NCBI GenBank assembly: GCA_951406725.2
Contig: OX597832.1
Location: forward strand, 10,912,001-10,976,000
Length of the DNA stretch: 64,000 nt
Direction: 5' to 3'
Source: Octopus vulgaris
Lineage: Eukaryota
The notes under the pieces are model-generated. The model saw nothing but the letters and a program-made list of their open reading frames with translations, made no database searches and was not told the origin of the DNA. This document shows, piece by piece, positions 27,092 through 40,290 of the stretch. The position numbers and the translations under genes were made by a program. The stretch's first letter is position 1. Each line of letters opens with the position of its first letter.

Positions 27092-27937
27092 GTACGTATA
27101 TCCTTCACCCACATTCTCTCATCCATACACAATCCTCGCTTACACATTTCTACAAAACAGTGCTTTCAGCAGATGGTGTTCTTCATCTTAATTGATACAT
27201 TCACCAAAAACCGCTAGCATATAGAATGTCATGAATGTATATAAATACTTGAAGTACATAAAATACATGAAACGAAACATTTCTATGCCTTCAAGTATTG
27301 TTTATACAATAACGTATGCTTCTTCAAACTAACTAATTACGGTTCACTTTGGCATGGTTCCAAATTATGTAGATAATCTTCCCTTTATAACGAGAACGCG
27401 TTGCTAATTCTGTTACAGATCTAATTCTGTTATAATTAAATGATACCCAAATACTTTGGGCAATTGTACAAGTTGTCCGTATCACATATTTGTCCTTAGT
27501 GCTTCCCATTATAAATCATGCTAGTCTTTAGAAGCCTGAATATTCAGTAGGTAGAGTAGTTGAGGCATTAGAGCTTGAAATGCTTCACAGATCGAATATC
27601 ATTGTGGTGAAATTTGTATTTCTATTGTCTATTTATACAGGGAGAAAATTGTTAATAATACTTCTGTAGCTGGTATTTTCAAAATACCGCAGGGAGTCAC
27701 GAGATTGCCCTGCATAATTACGGGTTGCTTTTGTGAAGGTATAACATCCGTTCAGCCACCTTACTAGGAATATGGTGAAGTCACAGGACTGCGGCCTGGT
27801 TCATTGTGAATAGGTAGCGGAAGAGCTCAACTAAGCCAACTCTGTTTCTTACATTGATGCTGAGGGGACGAATCCCAGCAGATCAAGCTTTATCAAGAGA
27901 GTAACTGCAATGCATCTATAGGAGTGGCGTCCATTGT

Positions 27938-28333
27938 TACTCTTTTACTCTTTTACTTGTTTCAGTCATTTGAATGCGGCCATGCTGGAGCACCGCCTTT
28001 AGTCGATCAAATCGACCCCGGGACTTGTGCTTTGTAAGCCCAGTACTTATTCTATCGGTCTCTTTTGCCGAACCGCTAAGTGACGGGGAATAAACACACC
28101 AGCATCGGTTGCCAAGCAATGCTAGGGGGACAAACACACACACATACACACATATCAATATATATACATATATATGACATGCTTCTTTCAGTTTCCGTCT
28201 ACCAAATCCACTCACAAGGCATTGGTCGGCCCGGGGCTATAGCAGAAGACACTTGCTCAAGATGCCACGCAGTGGGACTGAACCCGGAACCATGTGGTTG
28301 GTTAGCAAGCTACTTACCAGACAGCCACTCCTG
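27938..28333 (-). mobile_element. Main SINE family, near full-length young copy
   Basis: (TTACTCT)n tail, CATGCTGGAGCACCGCCTTTAGTCG, CCACGCAGTGGGACTGAACCCGGAACCATGTGG, ACAGCCACTCCTG. Confidence 0.93.
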
Positions 28334-29106
28334 TTGTGTAAAAAGTTAATGAAACATTAACCATTACTGAAGTACCCAATTCAAATTCGTTTTTATGGAA
28401 GTGAGTGGCATCAGAGAATCATGCGAATCGGCGAAAGCAACAACAGCACCAAGGCGAGAAATGTTGTCTTCCTTTGTGTTTAAATTTTGCTCTTCCTTTT
28501 GCAACAATTATTCGTCAATTGACAGCTTAACCGAAATACAAATGTTTACTTTATTACAGATAATTAAAAGGATTCTATGCGATAATGCATTACTAGATCG
28601 AAATAAAGTTGACATAATTTGCCGTCAGTAGATTGCTAGTGTCCTGATTTTGTTTTTTAATGGATTAAACAAAAGCTTAAACTATATAGTTTTCGAAATT
28701 ACATAAGATTTTGAAATATATATATAAATGTGCTACTTACGCAATGTTCAGGCATATGAATATGTATATTTTATGAAAAAGGTATTGCTTTATACAAAAT
28801 CACGTGTACATATTTAGTCAATATTTTCTCGGTTCTTTGACAATTATCAAATAATAGGTTCAGTCTCAATAGCTATTTTTTCTTCGGAACTGCACGAGCG
28901 CACATGCATGCGTGCACATTTATATCAAGATTTCTTGGATCTGCTTTCATTGCCCTCACTCAAGATTTATTTTCACACAGTCGGACAAAAGTTTCATAGT
29001 TCTTTTTTACTGTGACAGGATCGGCTATAAGCGTTAGCTATATCATTCATTGATCAAAGGGTGTATTCACGTAAATTTTATATACATAAACACCCTACCA
29101 CACAAA

Positions 29107-29166
<60 letters not shown>

Positions 29167-29602
29167 ACATATAAAGTAACCAAACAGGGTGTGCGTTGTG
29201 CTACATAGATGTATTAAGGTTTAAACAGAAAGAACGCAAGGAGAAAATGTTTAAGGAAAGCAGACCAAACATGAAACTAGTGGAAAACTTAACGGACAGG
29301 AAATTTAGGCAAAGACGAAAATAGCATAATGGTTTTGCGTTATTACCATTGAGACCCCTCGATTTTGGAGGCGCCAGTGTTGTTATAAAGCTGTTGGGAA
29401 AGTTAGCGAATGCATACTAAGACAGAAACAAACAAGTTATTTTATAAGTACATCAATTATAAAGCATTATGTAAATAGAAGCCATACGGTTATATACAAG
29501 AGTACAAATACTAATAATTATGCATATACCACAATGTGACAGAAATAGATTTGCACGTATCGAACGAATCTAGTGGGGTGGGTTGCGCAAAGGTGAAATA
29601 GA

Positions 29603-29648
<46 letters not shown>

Positions 29649-29896
29649 TGTGAGTGTCTAATTTCCATTCTATTTCAGTGCAGAAGACTAAAATATATTC
29701 AACTCATCTGAAGACATAATAATTCTGAATATATATTTAATTTATAAATAGTATATTTGGTCTCTCGATAAATGTCAAACTAAATTCATTTCACAGAGAA
29801 ACTTTACAGACACTTAATAAGTGACCTTAATCTCTGAAATTCATACACACACACACAGAAACATATAGAAATATATGTCTGCGTGTATATGTATGT

Positions 29897-29946
<50 letters not shown>

Positions 29947-31099
29947 TATATGTTAGCATAACATTTTTCTCACAATTATCTTAGATTAATTCACTTTATT
30001 CTGATTGCAATTATATTAGTGGTTAAAGTGCATCAGTAACTAATAATCGCTAATAATATCTAATTTAAATCTCTTCATTTTCATTCAGTGTCCAGTCCCG
30101 TAGTTCTAACTACTTAAGTGTCTCTCTCGTGTCAGTATTGCATGAATAGATTATCAGTTTATTGTTGCCGTGACCTGCAAATAGAGGTGATGTTGCCTGA
30201 TTGATTACCGTCGCAATGGTTAATCGATGAAGAATATAAATAGATAAATAGCCTAAACGAAAGGCCCTAACCAAATCATAGGTTGTCATGATTGTTAGGC
30301 AAAGGAGACGAACATATGTCTGTGTTCATTGGCGTCTATAGTTCTGATTTCTTTTACTTTTGCTGGAAAAACTTGCAGAAACAAACAACATAACAGAATG
30401 CATAAAATCTATAATGTTTTAGACAAAATGGTTACCGTGTAATTGATATATCCCATGGCATACATTGCAGTATATTTAAATATGTCTTTGGGATTCATTA
30501 CTAAAGAATGCTGGTGGCGATGTTAGAAGAAACCTTGGCATTATTTTACTTTTCTATAGCGACTGGAGAGTTCTGGTTCTGTAAATCTACCAGTAAAGTG
30601 CCTAATGAGAGAATATTATTATTTAGAAGTATTGTATCTCGGACAACAATAACCACTGCGTTGATGGTGAAAGTGAATAGATTATTCTATGTGATATGGA
30701 CACTATTTAAAAAAGCTAGAGTAACAGAATTTGTAGTGGTACATGATCCGGCATTAAAAGTTCTAGCAAGAGGGAATACGATTTTATGATTGAAATTATA
30801 TAATAATTTCAATCTCTGCTAGATTGTCGGAAGTAGTACGGAGTCATAGGAAATATCCTGCAGTATCGGTTATTGCATTTTGAATTCGTCATCGTACAAA
30901 AGATTCGGTTCAGTGACAACATTATCATTATATAGTAGGCTCATAGATATTCAGTTATATACAAATATTCTGAAGGACATATACATACATACATATTTAC
31001 ATATACACACACACACACAAACGGACATATGATAGTGAACCGAGGATGATTGTCAGCCAGGCAAATAACGTGTAAGTTAATGAGTTGTCTATCTCCCAT

Positions 31100-31525
31100 A
31101 ATGAAAGCTATAAGTGTCCCGGAATTGATGAGATTAAGGTCACAATAGCAAAGGAGTACTTCTGTAGACTCCGGAAAATATTGAACTAAGACCTGCTTGC
31201 ATTGAACAAGACGATATCTTACGACGCTTTTGCAGTACCAATGCTAGTACCAACAATAAGGATACTAGAATTGTCACTTGACGAGGTAGGCAGGCTAGAC
31301 ATAGGACCTATGTCAGACGAAGTGATGGCAATAGAAGCATAAGATCAGTCACAACAGCTTTTAAATGTCGCTCTGGATTACTCAGATAACAACTACTGAG
31401 CGATAACGAAAGAAATTAGAGCATTCCTGCATACTCTGAAGTAAGTGAAACAATATCTTTAGAGAAAACCTGTGCCTTAGAGAAAATCTGTTCTGCAGGT
31501 ACTTTGAGAACACAACTGTCTCATA
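31100..31525 (+). pseudogene. Decayed R4/Dong-like (REL-endonuclease) non-LTR retrotransposon ORF fragment
   Basis: One frame from 31103 reads ESYKCPGIDEIKVTIAKEYFCRLRKILN*DLLALNKTISYDAFAVPMLVPTIRILELSLDEVGRLD, matching the YKYLGI...KEY..R.RKI....L...NK..A.N.FAVP post-RT region; LEK.C..GTLRT.LS near 31480-31520 resembles the C-terminus. Confidence 0.75.
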
Positions 31526-32059
31526 AAATCCAAAAGGAATCGGACTGCCCTACCTAGACAGAAACTTTGAGGAGAAGCATATATCATACCACCAAGAAGT
31601 AATGCAGGGGTACATATCCCTTAAGCTAAAAGATAAAATCATTCATAAGGAGAGAATCCTTTCTTTTATCTGTAATAGATGTATGAAATTCCATCTAAAG
31701 AATATGTCTTCACTATCCAGGAACAGGAGAGCTACTAAATACCTGAAGAACAATAGAAATATATATATACCACAAATCCTCCACGTTTTGATTGAAAACT
31801 CATCACTGCTATACCGGTGTGAAAGATATCAGCCGCATCAGCAGCAGCTGCCTCAAAGGATCTACGAGGTACTACCTGCCGCTGGGGCATGATAGAGTTT
31901 CAAAAAGTTATTTACAACGCTATCAGTAAGCAGAGATTGCTTGACGCTCATATGAAAGCATTGGCGTATACGTCAGACCCAACATGTATTCACACCGCAC
32001 ATGCTAATGGAACACTCAAATAAAAGTACCAATTAGGTGAAACATAATAGATCTGATAT

Positions 32060-32195
32060 TCTTTTCTACTCTAGGCACAAGGCCCGAAATTTTGTGGGGA
32101 AGGAGACACTCGATTAGATCGATCCCAGTACGCAACTAGTACTTTCTTGATGGACCCCGAATGGATATAAGGCAAAGTCGACCACGGCGGAATAT
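32060..32195 (-). mobile_element. Nin-domain SINE 3' fragment
   Basis: CTAGGCACAAGGCCCGAAATTTT...ATCGATCCCAGTACGCAACT.GTACT...GACCCCGAA.GGAT..AAGGCAAAGTCGACC.CGGCGGAAT. Confidence 0.8.
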
Positions 32196-33142
32196 AACAG
32201 ATCTGATATTGTTCTGTGGGACAGGGAACAAAACCCAAGCACTGTCGTAGAAGTCAGCTGCACATCCACATCGGATGTGTGTGTACCATGAAAAGTACAG
32301 GAGAATGAGAACATTTATGGTGAATTATTGTGCACTTTACAGCATTCGTGCCCTCACTTTAAATTCTCATATTTACCTATTAGTCTAGGTGCATTTGTCT
32401 GTGTGCCCACAAATTTATTCGAAAATCTACAAATACTCAGTCTTTTGATGAAAGAGCGAAAGAAACTGTCGCGGATTCTCTATTAGCGATACAGTAAATA
32501 TTATTAAGGCATTCCAAAGATTCTCCACTTGAGATTCTTTTTATGAATAGATGAACACACTCGGATGTATGCAACGGCAGCTCAACCAACACATCTACTC
32601 GACTACATATCTAAAAACAGTGGGAAATCTCTTAACTCAAAATGTCATATCACTTTGTTGGCGACCGGCTTGAGCTCTTTTAAGAAGAATAAATCTCAAA
32701 GAAAGAGATGCATATGCATGCAGAAATATATCTATGAATGTGTGTGTGTGCGTTTGTCACCAACCGCCAAAGATGGAGAACATGTTGTTTATTGACGAAT
32801 GCGTAATTAAGCGGTTCAGCATAACTGTTTGGGCATGCGACTTTCACTATAGTCTCACTTCTCCTTAAGCTATAACTGGAAACTGGGTAAACGGAAGGTA
32901 TTGATATTCTCGTTTGGTGTCTAAAAGTAACACAGAGGTGCAGTTTAGATACATATTATGGCATAATTATTCGGTCTAGCAATCATTTTATATTCAATTA
33001 CATCTGCTATATAAACGGCCAATATCATTATGATTAACGAACGGGTAGTTTAGTTGAGCGAAGAACTGCTCTTGTTTCTGTGTATGTATGTATGTATGTA
33101 CGCAGGCATGTGTATATATCTATGAATGCATGTGTGTATAAG

Positions 33143-33181
<39 letters not shown>

Positions 33182-33440
33182 ATGTATATATATATATATA
33201 TATACACACACATGTATATACACACACACAGTCACACATTCACGTACATATATGTATACACGTATCCGGACGTATATATAATATCATACATATTTCTGTA
33301 TATAATTACATACTCAGTCGTTCGTTATATACTTATGATTAAATAGAATGTTATATATTAAATAAATATATTTAAAAAGTATACAGACAGACAGTCGCAT
33401 ATACACGCACACAAACACACACAGAAACAAACCTACAAAT

Positions 33441-33475
<35 letters not shown>

Positions 33476-34313
33476 CATACACATGCATGTATGTTCGTTT
33501 GTGTGCACGGGCGCGTCAAGGTGTATGCGCGTAACTACAGGTAGACAATTAATTAGACAAGAGCGTACAGTATTTATTTTATTTTTAAAGATTTTGTCTT
33601 GATTTCTTGAAATATATTTAACGTAATGACTTCTTAAATGAGCCATGACTTCTTAGCCAAACTATTTAAACGTTTTCACTAAAGAAATAACTGTTCACTT
33701 GTGGCTAGATATATGTTATTGAAAGAAAATAATTGCTTTCATCAAAGAAGCGTATTTTCGGAATTTCTCTTCATTTGATCGCATTAGTGCAATGCCTCTC
33801 TTAGTAGGCGTGTAATTAACTTTCTGAGCAAGTGATATTTTACGGATTGAATATAATGCTATTCATATGCTTTGCTCTTAAGAGTACCTACTTGACTTCA
33901 CTTGTTTGGTGTCAAGAGGTCTGGCATATTTGCTTTCGATTTCCTTTCAAATATCACTTTGTTACACATGCAAATATGAAATGCCTAAGAGAATTTCACC
34001 CCCACTTATACGTGTTGGAAGTAGTTATGATATTTAATATAGAAATATTAAAGATTCCAACGGTTTGGTATTATAACATTGCTAGCATGAGACATGTGCT
34101 CTGAAAAGAGTAGAAATCTGCTTCTGGTAGGTTATTATTTAAACAACTGCACTATGTCATGTATGAATGTGTATGTGAGTGAGTTATATATATACATGTG
34201 TGTTTGTGTGTGTGTGTGTGTGTACACACTCAGACATATATACATATAACGTTAAACCCTCCTTCTTTCTTGAGCGTCCTATAATACTATATATATATAT
34301 ATATATATATTAA

Positions 34314-34472
34314 GGGCATTACTATACATAAATGCCTCACGCTAAGAGAGACGGTTTTAAAATGCTCGCTTCGAGAGTTGCATTTCCTCGCGTTCGGTAC
34401 AATGTGTTTGTCATGGTTGTTTTCACTTTAAGAGTCCCTGCTAGCGAGAGGCATTTATGTATTGTAATGCCC
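34314..34472. mobile_element. 159-bp element with 31-bp terminal inverted repeats, flanked by TTAA (MITE-like)
   Basis: GGGCATTACTATACATAAATGCCTCACGCTA (34314-44) matches the reverse complement of 34442-72 with 2 mismatches; TTAA at 34310-13 and 34473-76. Confidence 0.6.
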
Positions 34473-34593
34473 TTAATGTAAATAAATATATTTAATAGGA
34501 ATAATTGATGGATTTTTCCCTTATGAGGTTTTTCACGCTAACTACTTGATAAATTATTATAAAGATTTTATCCTATTTTTCAATTATCCATCC

Positions 34594-34633
<40 letters not shown>

Positions 34634-34651
34634 GTCTGTCTATCTGTCCAC

Positions 34652-34707
<56 letters not shown>

Positions 34708-35013
34708 TCACGTAATAATGAAGGGTTTTAAAATGCTCGCTTAAGTTGAATAATTCCTCAATTCGGTACAATGTAGTCTTGGCATGGTTGTCATTCGAGG
34801 AAACTTTAAGTAATCCCTGCTAGCGAGAGGCATTTATGTATTGTAATGCCCTGAATGTAAGTAAATATATTTAAGAGGAATAATTGATGGATTTTTCTAA
34901 AAGGAGATCTTTTTCACTGAGATCTACTTGATAAATTATTATAAAGATTTTATCCTATTTTTCAATTATCCATCCATCTATCTATCTATCTATCTGTCTG
35001 TCTGTCTATCTAT

Positions 35014-35070
<57 letters not shown>
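34333..35070 (+). repeat. Tandem duplication, period ~380 bp
   Basis: CCCTGCTAGCGAGAGGCATTTATGTATTGTAATGCCCT and CTACTTGATAAATTATTATAAAGATTTTATCC occur twice; the twin ORFs at 34546 and 34928 are 382 bp apart. Confidence 0.9.
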
Positions 35071-35072
<2 letters not shown>

Positions 35073-35099
35073 CATACACACATACGTATATATATTTTA

Positions 35100-35252
35100 T
35101 CATTTGCCTTTTACCTGTTTCAGTAGACTGCCCACCACCACGCTAGAACACCGCCTTGAATTTTTAGTTGAATAAATCGAGCCCAGTATTTCATTTTACA
35201 TATTGAAACTTGCTCTATTGGTCCCTTTTGCAGAACCGCGGTCGGCCCGAGG
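35100..35252 (-). mobile_element. Main SINE family fragment
   Basis: CCTGTTTCAGT...GAACACCGCCTTGAA...CTCTATTGGTCCCTTTTGCAGAACCGC GGTCGGCCCGAGGC. Confidence 0.65.
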
Positions 35253-35604
35253 CCGTGAGTCCTGTTGCTAATAATGATGAAAACTTCTTTATAACAAAAC
35301 ACGCACATGGAGATACAGATACACAGGCAAACACATATAAATATAGTATATTTTAATGTATCCGTTTCCGCTTTGATAATAAGAGAAGTGTGGACACCAG
35401 TGAATAACAATACCAGATAGCTTTGTCGCTACTGGGACAAGTTTTATTTTTAAGTGTTAACTATGGATCGATTTCTGGCTTAGGGATATAAAACCCTCAT
35501 CGTATATTCTAATATAGATACACACACGCACACACACATACATATACGCAAACTACATACACACACACACACACACATACATATATATATATTTATATAT
35601 ATAT

Positions 35605-36055
35605 TAATAAAAGTAGTTCCAACCTTGTCTGATTTTCACGTTTTATTTACAATGATATAATATAATAAAATATAATAAAATAAAATAATAGAATGTTAAA
35701 TGTTCATTCTGATTGAACTAGTACTTTCATGCATTAAATTCTGCAATCTTCAGGTTCATGTAGTAGTGGTGACAGTCATGCTTCACAATTTTTGACTGTA
35801 GCGAGATGATTAAATATGTGCCTTAAATACACCTGTATAGACTCCAGATTGCTAGGCTTTTCAAACTGTATTCTGACTAATCTGTGTGTAGTATCACTCA
35901 ATTACTTAAGCTGATTGGTTGGTTGAGCTGATTGGTTCAGGCGTCACGCTTTGTTAAACATGTCAAGAGACCTGCATTTTAACACTGGCCGAGGCAGCAA
36001 TTGTTGGACTATTTTTAGAAATGTAGTAAATAGCCTTTGTCAGGGATTTTATTTC
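35605..36055 (-). mobile_element. Penelope-pLTR-like cassette (CCAAT x2, TATA-like box, hammerhead, AATAAA tail)
   Basis: On the - strand, in order: CCAATCAG twice (35935-31, 35918-14), GTATTTAAGG (35830-21), hammerhead (35758-14), GTAAATAAAAAC (~35650), then (TA)n. The PLE assignment is inference. Confidence 0.55.
35714..35758 (-). ncRNA. Minimal type I hammerhead ribozyme
   Basis: - strand: TGAAC-CTGAAGA-T-TGCA-GAATTTAA-TGCA-T-GAAA-GTAC-TA-GTTCA. Helix I TGAAC/GTTCA, helix II TGCA/TGCA with a U.U pair at 10.1/11.1, palindromic helix III AGTACT, cleavage triplet CUA. Confidence 0.72.
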
Positions 36056-36142
36056 AATTGTCATCATCATCATTGTCAGCACCTTAATTATTGTTGCTAG
36101 TGGTGATGGTGGTGGCAATAGAACTTTTAACCCTCGTGTATA

Positions 36143-36183
<41 letters not shown>

Positions 36184-36690
36184 TGTAAGACGATGTATAA
36201 GTCTTCAGTTTTCGGCCAACAGGAAGGATTTGTGTATAGAGTTCAAGCGATTATTCATTACATTATCTTACTTATTCCATCAATTCGACGTTGCCTGAAA
36301 ACGGTGTACCCACATGTAAGGTGTCAAAGTGAACGGAGAGGAATGTGAGAGGAAGTGTTTGCTCATGAGCACAGCGCACCCCTCTGCCCAGCATTCGTGT
36401 ATGCAGCAACGTTACTATTTGGCCATACGCCTTCATACAGACACACACAGAAACTCACACAACCAGGTGTGTGTGGTTTGGTGCGTGTGTTTGTGTTTGC
36501 TTTGTATGCGTGTGTATTCGTGTGTGTGTGTGTGTGTTTGTATGTGTGAGTGTGTCTGTGTGTGTGTAATATCCAGTGTGGGAGAAGAAATACTCTAAAA
36601 TATAAAGAACACTCTTGAACATCCGAAAATTTAGGCGCCGACTGAATGATGAGGTTGATTACATATTCCATGCTTCAGTTCCTCGTTCAC

Positions 36691-37058
36691 AGAGTGGCTG
36701 TGGTGGTAAGTAGCTTGCTTACGAGCCACATGGTTCTGGGTTCAGTCCTACTGCGTGGCACCTTGGGCAAATGTCTTCTTCTATAGCCTCGGGCCGACCA
36801 AAGCATTGGATTTGGTAGACAGAAACTGAAAGAAGCTCGTCGTATATGTGCGTGTATGTTTGTGTGTCTATGTCTGTCACTCCAACATCGCTTGACAACC
36901 GATGCTGGCGTGTTTACGTCCCCGTAACTTGGCGGTTCGGCAAAAGAGACCGATAGAATAAGTACTTAAAACGAATAAGTCCTGGGATCGATTTGCTCGA
37001 CTAAAGGCGGTGCTCTAGCATGGCCACAGTCAAATGACTGAAACAAGTAGAAGAGTTA
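36691..37058 (+). mobile_element. Main SINE family, near full-length copy
   Basis: GAGTGGCTGTGGTGGTAAGTAGCTTGCTT...CTGCGTGGCACCTTGGGCAA...GACTAAAGGCGGTGCTC...TGACTGAAACAAGTAG. Confidence 0.92.
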
Positions 37059-37554
37059 GAAATGCCTTCGATTTTACTAACATTCCCTCACGTTTTTTGG
37101 AATATGGCTCCCCCTTTGAGAGTTAGCATTAAAACAAGTAAATTATGATTGTTCAGCTAAAGTACTGTAATGCTAGGATAAAATCTGCTGCTGTGTGCTT
37201 CATATAGAAAAAAAAATCTGTTGCTGATATCAGTCCATTTTTTCCAAGACAAAACTGTATGATGGTAATTGTACAAAACTCTAACTTAAAAAATACATAT
37301 AAATATTTATGTACATATATATTGTAGACATGTTGCTAAAATGTCCATTAAATATTTAGTCGAAGATGTTTTAATTTTCTATGATTTACGTGCGGCTTTC
37401 TCAGAAAAGCATTGTAGGTGCCTCTAGATTTTCTTGTAACGTAGAGTTGGATTAATATTCTATTTCCCATATAAATCTTCAAGCGTGTATGTGTATATAA
37501 TATATACGTGTGTTAATCATATACATATACACATGTGCGTGTACGTATCTTTGT

Positions 37555-37856
37555 GAGTGTGCATATATGTATGTGTATATATATATATGCATACATATAT
37601 ATATACATACATATGCATACATATATATATATACATACATGTTTATATATGTATACATACATATATACATACATATATATATGTATATATATACATACAT
37701 ATATATATACATACAAACATATATACATACATATATACATACATATATATATGTATATATATATACATACATACATATATATATGTATATATATATATAT
37801 ACATACAAATATATATACATACACACACATATATATGTATATATATATATATATAC

Positions 37857-37901
<45 letters not shown>

Positions 37902-37916
37902 CAAACATATATACAT

Positions 37917-37959
<43 letters not shown>

Positions 37960-37974
37960 CAAACATATATACAT

Positions 37975-38005
<31 letters not shown>

Positions 38006-38190
38006 CATACAAACATATATACATACATATATACATACATATATATATGTATATATATATACATACACACACATATATATATGTATATATATATATATAT
38101 ATACATACAAACATATATACATACACACACATATATATATATATGTATATGTATATATATATACACACACATACATACTCACACGCACAC
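37555..38190. repeat. Compound (TA)n/(CATA)n microsatellite with recurring ACATACAAACATATAT subunit
   Basis: Directly visible; explains six overlapping spurious ORFs. Confidence 0.96.
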
Positions 38191-38997
38191 AAATATGTAT
38201 TTATGTGTTGCCTCTACAACTTGTTCTTTATTCTTTCCAATATACGGTAGGCTGATAGTCATCTAATTACGCAATCGTATTGATTTTATTTCCAATTACT
38301 TTCTCTCGTTCCAACAGGCCTCAGGTATATTTATCAAAGCTACTTACTAGTGTAATATTATCGGTTATCATGTATTAACGCTGTGTCTGATTCCATTGTC
38401 GTGACTTCTAATCAATTCATTAGATAATTCTACTCTTCTATATTCTCTTTGAAAATATGTACTTTATTATTATTGATACTATTTATGGTTAGCAGTGAGA
38501 TTTTATGTCGGGGTCTTTATATATCTGCAGGGATTCGCACTATCTCTTTCTGATGCATCTTGTAATATATATTTCTGAGTACATTGCAAATAGCTAGTCT
38601 GTCTATGTACTAGGTAATCTTTAAGCGCATTAACACCATATAATTAACTACTGATATGTTGCCTTGATCCTCGTGGTGGGAATCTACTTATGTGCCGATG
38701 CATCATGGGAGATCATATTCCGAGGCCTTGTTTCAAACTAACCTCAACTGTTTTTCAAGAATAAAATTATTGATTTCATATGAAAAAGTAGTTAGAGTAT
38801 TAACTATATCGTCTGTGCTACATAGTACTATACTGTTGTGTCTATTATATTTTCTTTGATACAGAGATGTTATCTCTCACTGGAGTCGGTTTTCGCACCC
38901 ATTCTTCTCCTTACCTTCTCTTAATCTTCTTTTTCATCTTTTGTATATTTTAAACGGTCGGAGTTTCTACAGCATCCACAGAGGCATTTTCAAAATT

Positions 38998-39310
38998 TAT
39001 TTATTATTAATGCGACTATTCCAAGCCTAGCCAAGCTCATGCTCCCGGTTTCCGGTTTCTATGGCGTATGTGTTCCCCCCAGCTGGACGGGACGCCAGGC
39101 CATCGCAGCGTTACTAAAGAAACAGGAAGAAAGAGAGAAAGTTGGGGCGAAAGAGTACAACATGGGTCGCCCCCCCCCCCTCTACCGGAGCCTCGCAGAG
39201 CTTTAAGTGTTTTCGCTCAATAAACACATACAACGCCTGGTCTGGGAATCGAAACCACGATCCTCCGACTGCGAGTCCGCTACCCTAACCACTGGGCCAT
39301 TGCACCTCCA
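38998..39310 (-). mobile_element. tRNA-headed SINE (fourth family) with (TAA)n tail
   Basis: - strand head GGAGGTGCAATGGCCCAGTGGTTAGG (A box)...GGTTTCGATTCCC (B box); body GCTGCGATGGCCTGGCGTCCCGTCCAGCTGGGG; ends in TAATAATAATAA. Confidence 0.85.
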
Positions 39311-39839
39311 CCATTTTCACATGTACCTTGTATTTTCCGGAACGTATATTAACCTTTATACACTACATCAGTTAACGTTACTGAGGGGCGAGTTGTGTTA
39401 CTTTTCGTGTTTCAATTTTACCACAATTATCCAGTGTTATTTTACGTGGAGCTGGTTTAGTTTACTGGATTTCTTTTTCTTATATACTATTTTATACCAT
39501 TTAGAGTTCTGTGATTTAATATAACATAAGATCAAACGTGATTGCGCTTGGTGAGTTAAATGATAGATGTATTCAGTTATGTTTTTGGATGGTAATATTT
39601 CTCTTTTTGAACTTTCGGTGTTATTCTATAGTTTCCCAATTGGTTTACAGAATGCGCTGTACTATTTCATTGGGTTATTATTGTGTAGCAGATGTGCTGC
39701 GTTACATTGCTTAATCATTATTCGTTATAGAATTTTTTGTGGGGGTTGAAGAAATTGAATTCCCATGCGTGTCGGAAGACAGACATTACCGTTACAGTCA
39801 TTGATAATTATTTATTGAGGATAGCTATATTCAGATGAG

Positions 39840-40290
39840 TGTTTTCAAATACCATTCACGCACTGACGTTTTATAGACGTTTATAGTGTTTCTGTTGCAA
39901 CTGCAGAACGTATCGTCAGCATATTACCCAATACATGTTGCACCTGACTTGACCGTGTCTGTGTATATAGTCGTCATTATTATGGATCAGAGGCCAAAAA
40001 GGATGTTGTCAATTGGACCATTATACTTGTTGCATCAACCTGCCTTTGCCTTTAGCACACTGCTTTTGAAGCATTGTTGGCTTTCACCTGTGCATAATTT
40101 CTATTCTAGATGCTTTCCGTGCGATCTAGCCCTGTTCTATTGATCTGTGATGGCTAAAAGAACATTCGTCAAAGTTGTATCACTGGAACAAGCGTTTTAG
40201 CAGGATAAATACCATGCATTTTTAATTTCGGCCTTATTCAGCTGGGCTGTAATTCTAGTCCTGTTTATATCCAATCTGTCTGTAGCTTAC
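39840..40290 (-). pseudogene. Heavily decayed CR1/L2-like reverse transcriptase fragment
   Basis: - strand YADDT (39923-39909), preceded in the expected order by NYSP-like and TTLTNVLLAITDQ segments; many stops and frameshifts. Confidence 0.4.

Noticed and set aside
39240-39310. tRNA-like sequence with A and B boxes
   Set aside because: No proper acceptor stem, and it continues into a SINE body and tail; it is a SINE head, not a tRNA gene
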